In this document: one piece after another, positions 62,701 to 64,000 of the stretch
How positions within the stretch are numbered: the first letter of the stretch is position 1
Layout of the letters: the number at the start of each line of letters is the position of its first letter
Assembly: GCF_036321535.1 (NCBI RefSeq)
Contig: NC_087436.1
Coordinates: 51,772,001 to 51,836,000, forward strand
Length of the DNA stretch: 64,000 nucleotides
DNA from: Camelus dromedarius
Taxonomy: Eukaryota
Direction: 5' to 3'
Notes under the pieces: model-generated
What the model saw: only the letters and a program-made list of their open reading frames with translations
The model's database searches: none
What the model was told of the DNA's origin: nothing
Program-made: the position numbers and the translations under genes

Positions 62701-64000
62701 AAAATATAGAAAATACTTAGAAACAGGAAAAAAAACCAGCTTAAGACAATATTACAACATAAGGCTGCAATCAAGAAGAAATCAACAAGGTCAAACAAGT
62801 ACTCCAGGAGTATCACTATGCACCAAAAGCATGACTTGGCAATAAAGCAGAGGAAAATCCTGCAGCTCCCTGCTCCTCTAGGAAGTGCCAAAATAATATG
62901 GAGAGAAGGGCATGACTCCCCACCTCTAAGTTGAAACCCAGAGCAATTGTCCATCACTCAGTTTGTTCTATTATAAATTATTCTTAATGAGGATGGTTAT
63001 TCTCTTTAGAATTGCTTGTGAAAATGAAAAATTTATGGAAAAGACCAGTCTTTCTTTACACATCCACCAGGGTGATCTGAAAAGAGTACTGATCTTGGAA
63101 TCAGTCACCTTGGTTTGGAAGGCAGCTTTAAACGGAAGGTAGTAATAATAACAACTGTTGTCCAGAGTTGTTCCAAAGAAGAGCTTGTAAGTGCTGGGTA
63201 AAAATGCTCATGAACATCTCTTTTTATATTTTAAATTAAAATTTACACATTTCCTTTGATGAAGATGGAGGATGAAGAAAAAGGAGATTCTTACTGAGAG
63301 TAAGTATGCTAGTTCACTTGTTGGTCTTCTGAAATAGGAAATCTATAGACAATATGTTTTTGTCATGGAATAGTAAAATGTATTTCTTCCACTTGCAAAT
63401 AGAATCACTTTTCTTCTATGAATGTCTCCAGTGTTAAAACTGATGCATTAACAGGAGTTTCAGAGATTGAGGAAAATACCAGTTTTCCTCAGTGTTTGAG
63501 GAAATCGATCTAAGGCACTTAAACATATGCCCAGCATTTTGGTACTACAAGTTCTATCTTAAAAAATAGTTGTGAAAAATAGTTACTTATAGCAAAAAAT
63601 TATTTATATAATGCTAGTAAAATAATCTAATCTTTTATATTTAGAAATGACTACTAAACAAAGAATTTAGAATGCTATAAAGATAACATGTCATCATATA
63701 CTGACTATTTCCTTAGGGTATCCAAAATACATTTTTTCTCCTAAAGCGGGAAAAGAATATGTCTTATAAATTTAAAAAAATCAAGTAAAATAATAGTATT
63801 AAAGGTAATAATAGAAACCAGAGTTTTCATTTCCCTTTATACATAAGAAAAGAATATATACTTTTTTGATATAGTGAGTCTGACCAGAAAAACCCATCAA
63901 AGGACCTGAAGTTTTTGGTCACCCAAAAAGAAACATAAAGGTAATACTGAGGGAAGACTAGGTTTCCAACAAAATTTAACTCTCTTCTCTGGGAATTCTG

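Noticed and set aside
63265..63305. Possible micro-exon ending at AGA|GTAAGT; also isolated donors near 2576 and 60565
   Set aside because: Weak or absent acceptors and stops in two frames. Isolated GTAAGT hexamers are expected by chance in 64 kb.
1..64000. CRISPR array, operon, prokaryotic or viral system, CpG-island promoter, spliced protein-coding gene
   Set aside because: No regularly spaced repeats, no long ORFs, no CpG island and no chain of in-frame exons. The repeat content is clearly mammalian. Small exons of a gene spanning the window cannot be excluded without alignment.

Overview
AT-rich, CpG-poor mammalian non-coding DNA (intergenic or deep intronic). I find no protein-coding exon, RNA gene, CpG island or CRISPR array that I can support. 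Five tRNA-Ala(AGC)-derived SINEs of the vic-1 type and cetartiodactyl-style L1 3' ends point to a camelid host (inference). Much of the window is layered transposon debris: old L2/MIR/L1M/HAL1, hAT DNA elements (MER45B-like, MER5-like), ERV1/ERVL/MaLR LTRs, a degraded ERV1-like internal segment, and younger L1s and SINEs with readable target-site duplications (TSDs). Family names are assigned from recalled consensus features, not from a database search. I see no convincing new multi-gene system. The most unusual signals are repair/retrotransposition scars. (1) A 46-bp stretch of apparently unique DNA (29874-29919) recurs at 45/46 identity inside an MLT2 LTR 6.9 kb away and carries a splice-acceptor motif. 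(2) A TSD-flanked L1 has its 5' UTR joined directly to the ORF2 C-terminus. (3) One L1 has a twin-priming inversion. (4) One L1 shows a microhomology-mediated jump. (5) A tail-less 85-bp L1 3' tip resembles a neighbouring copy.
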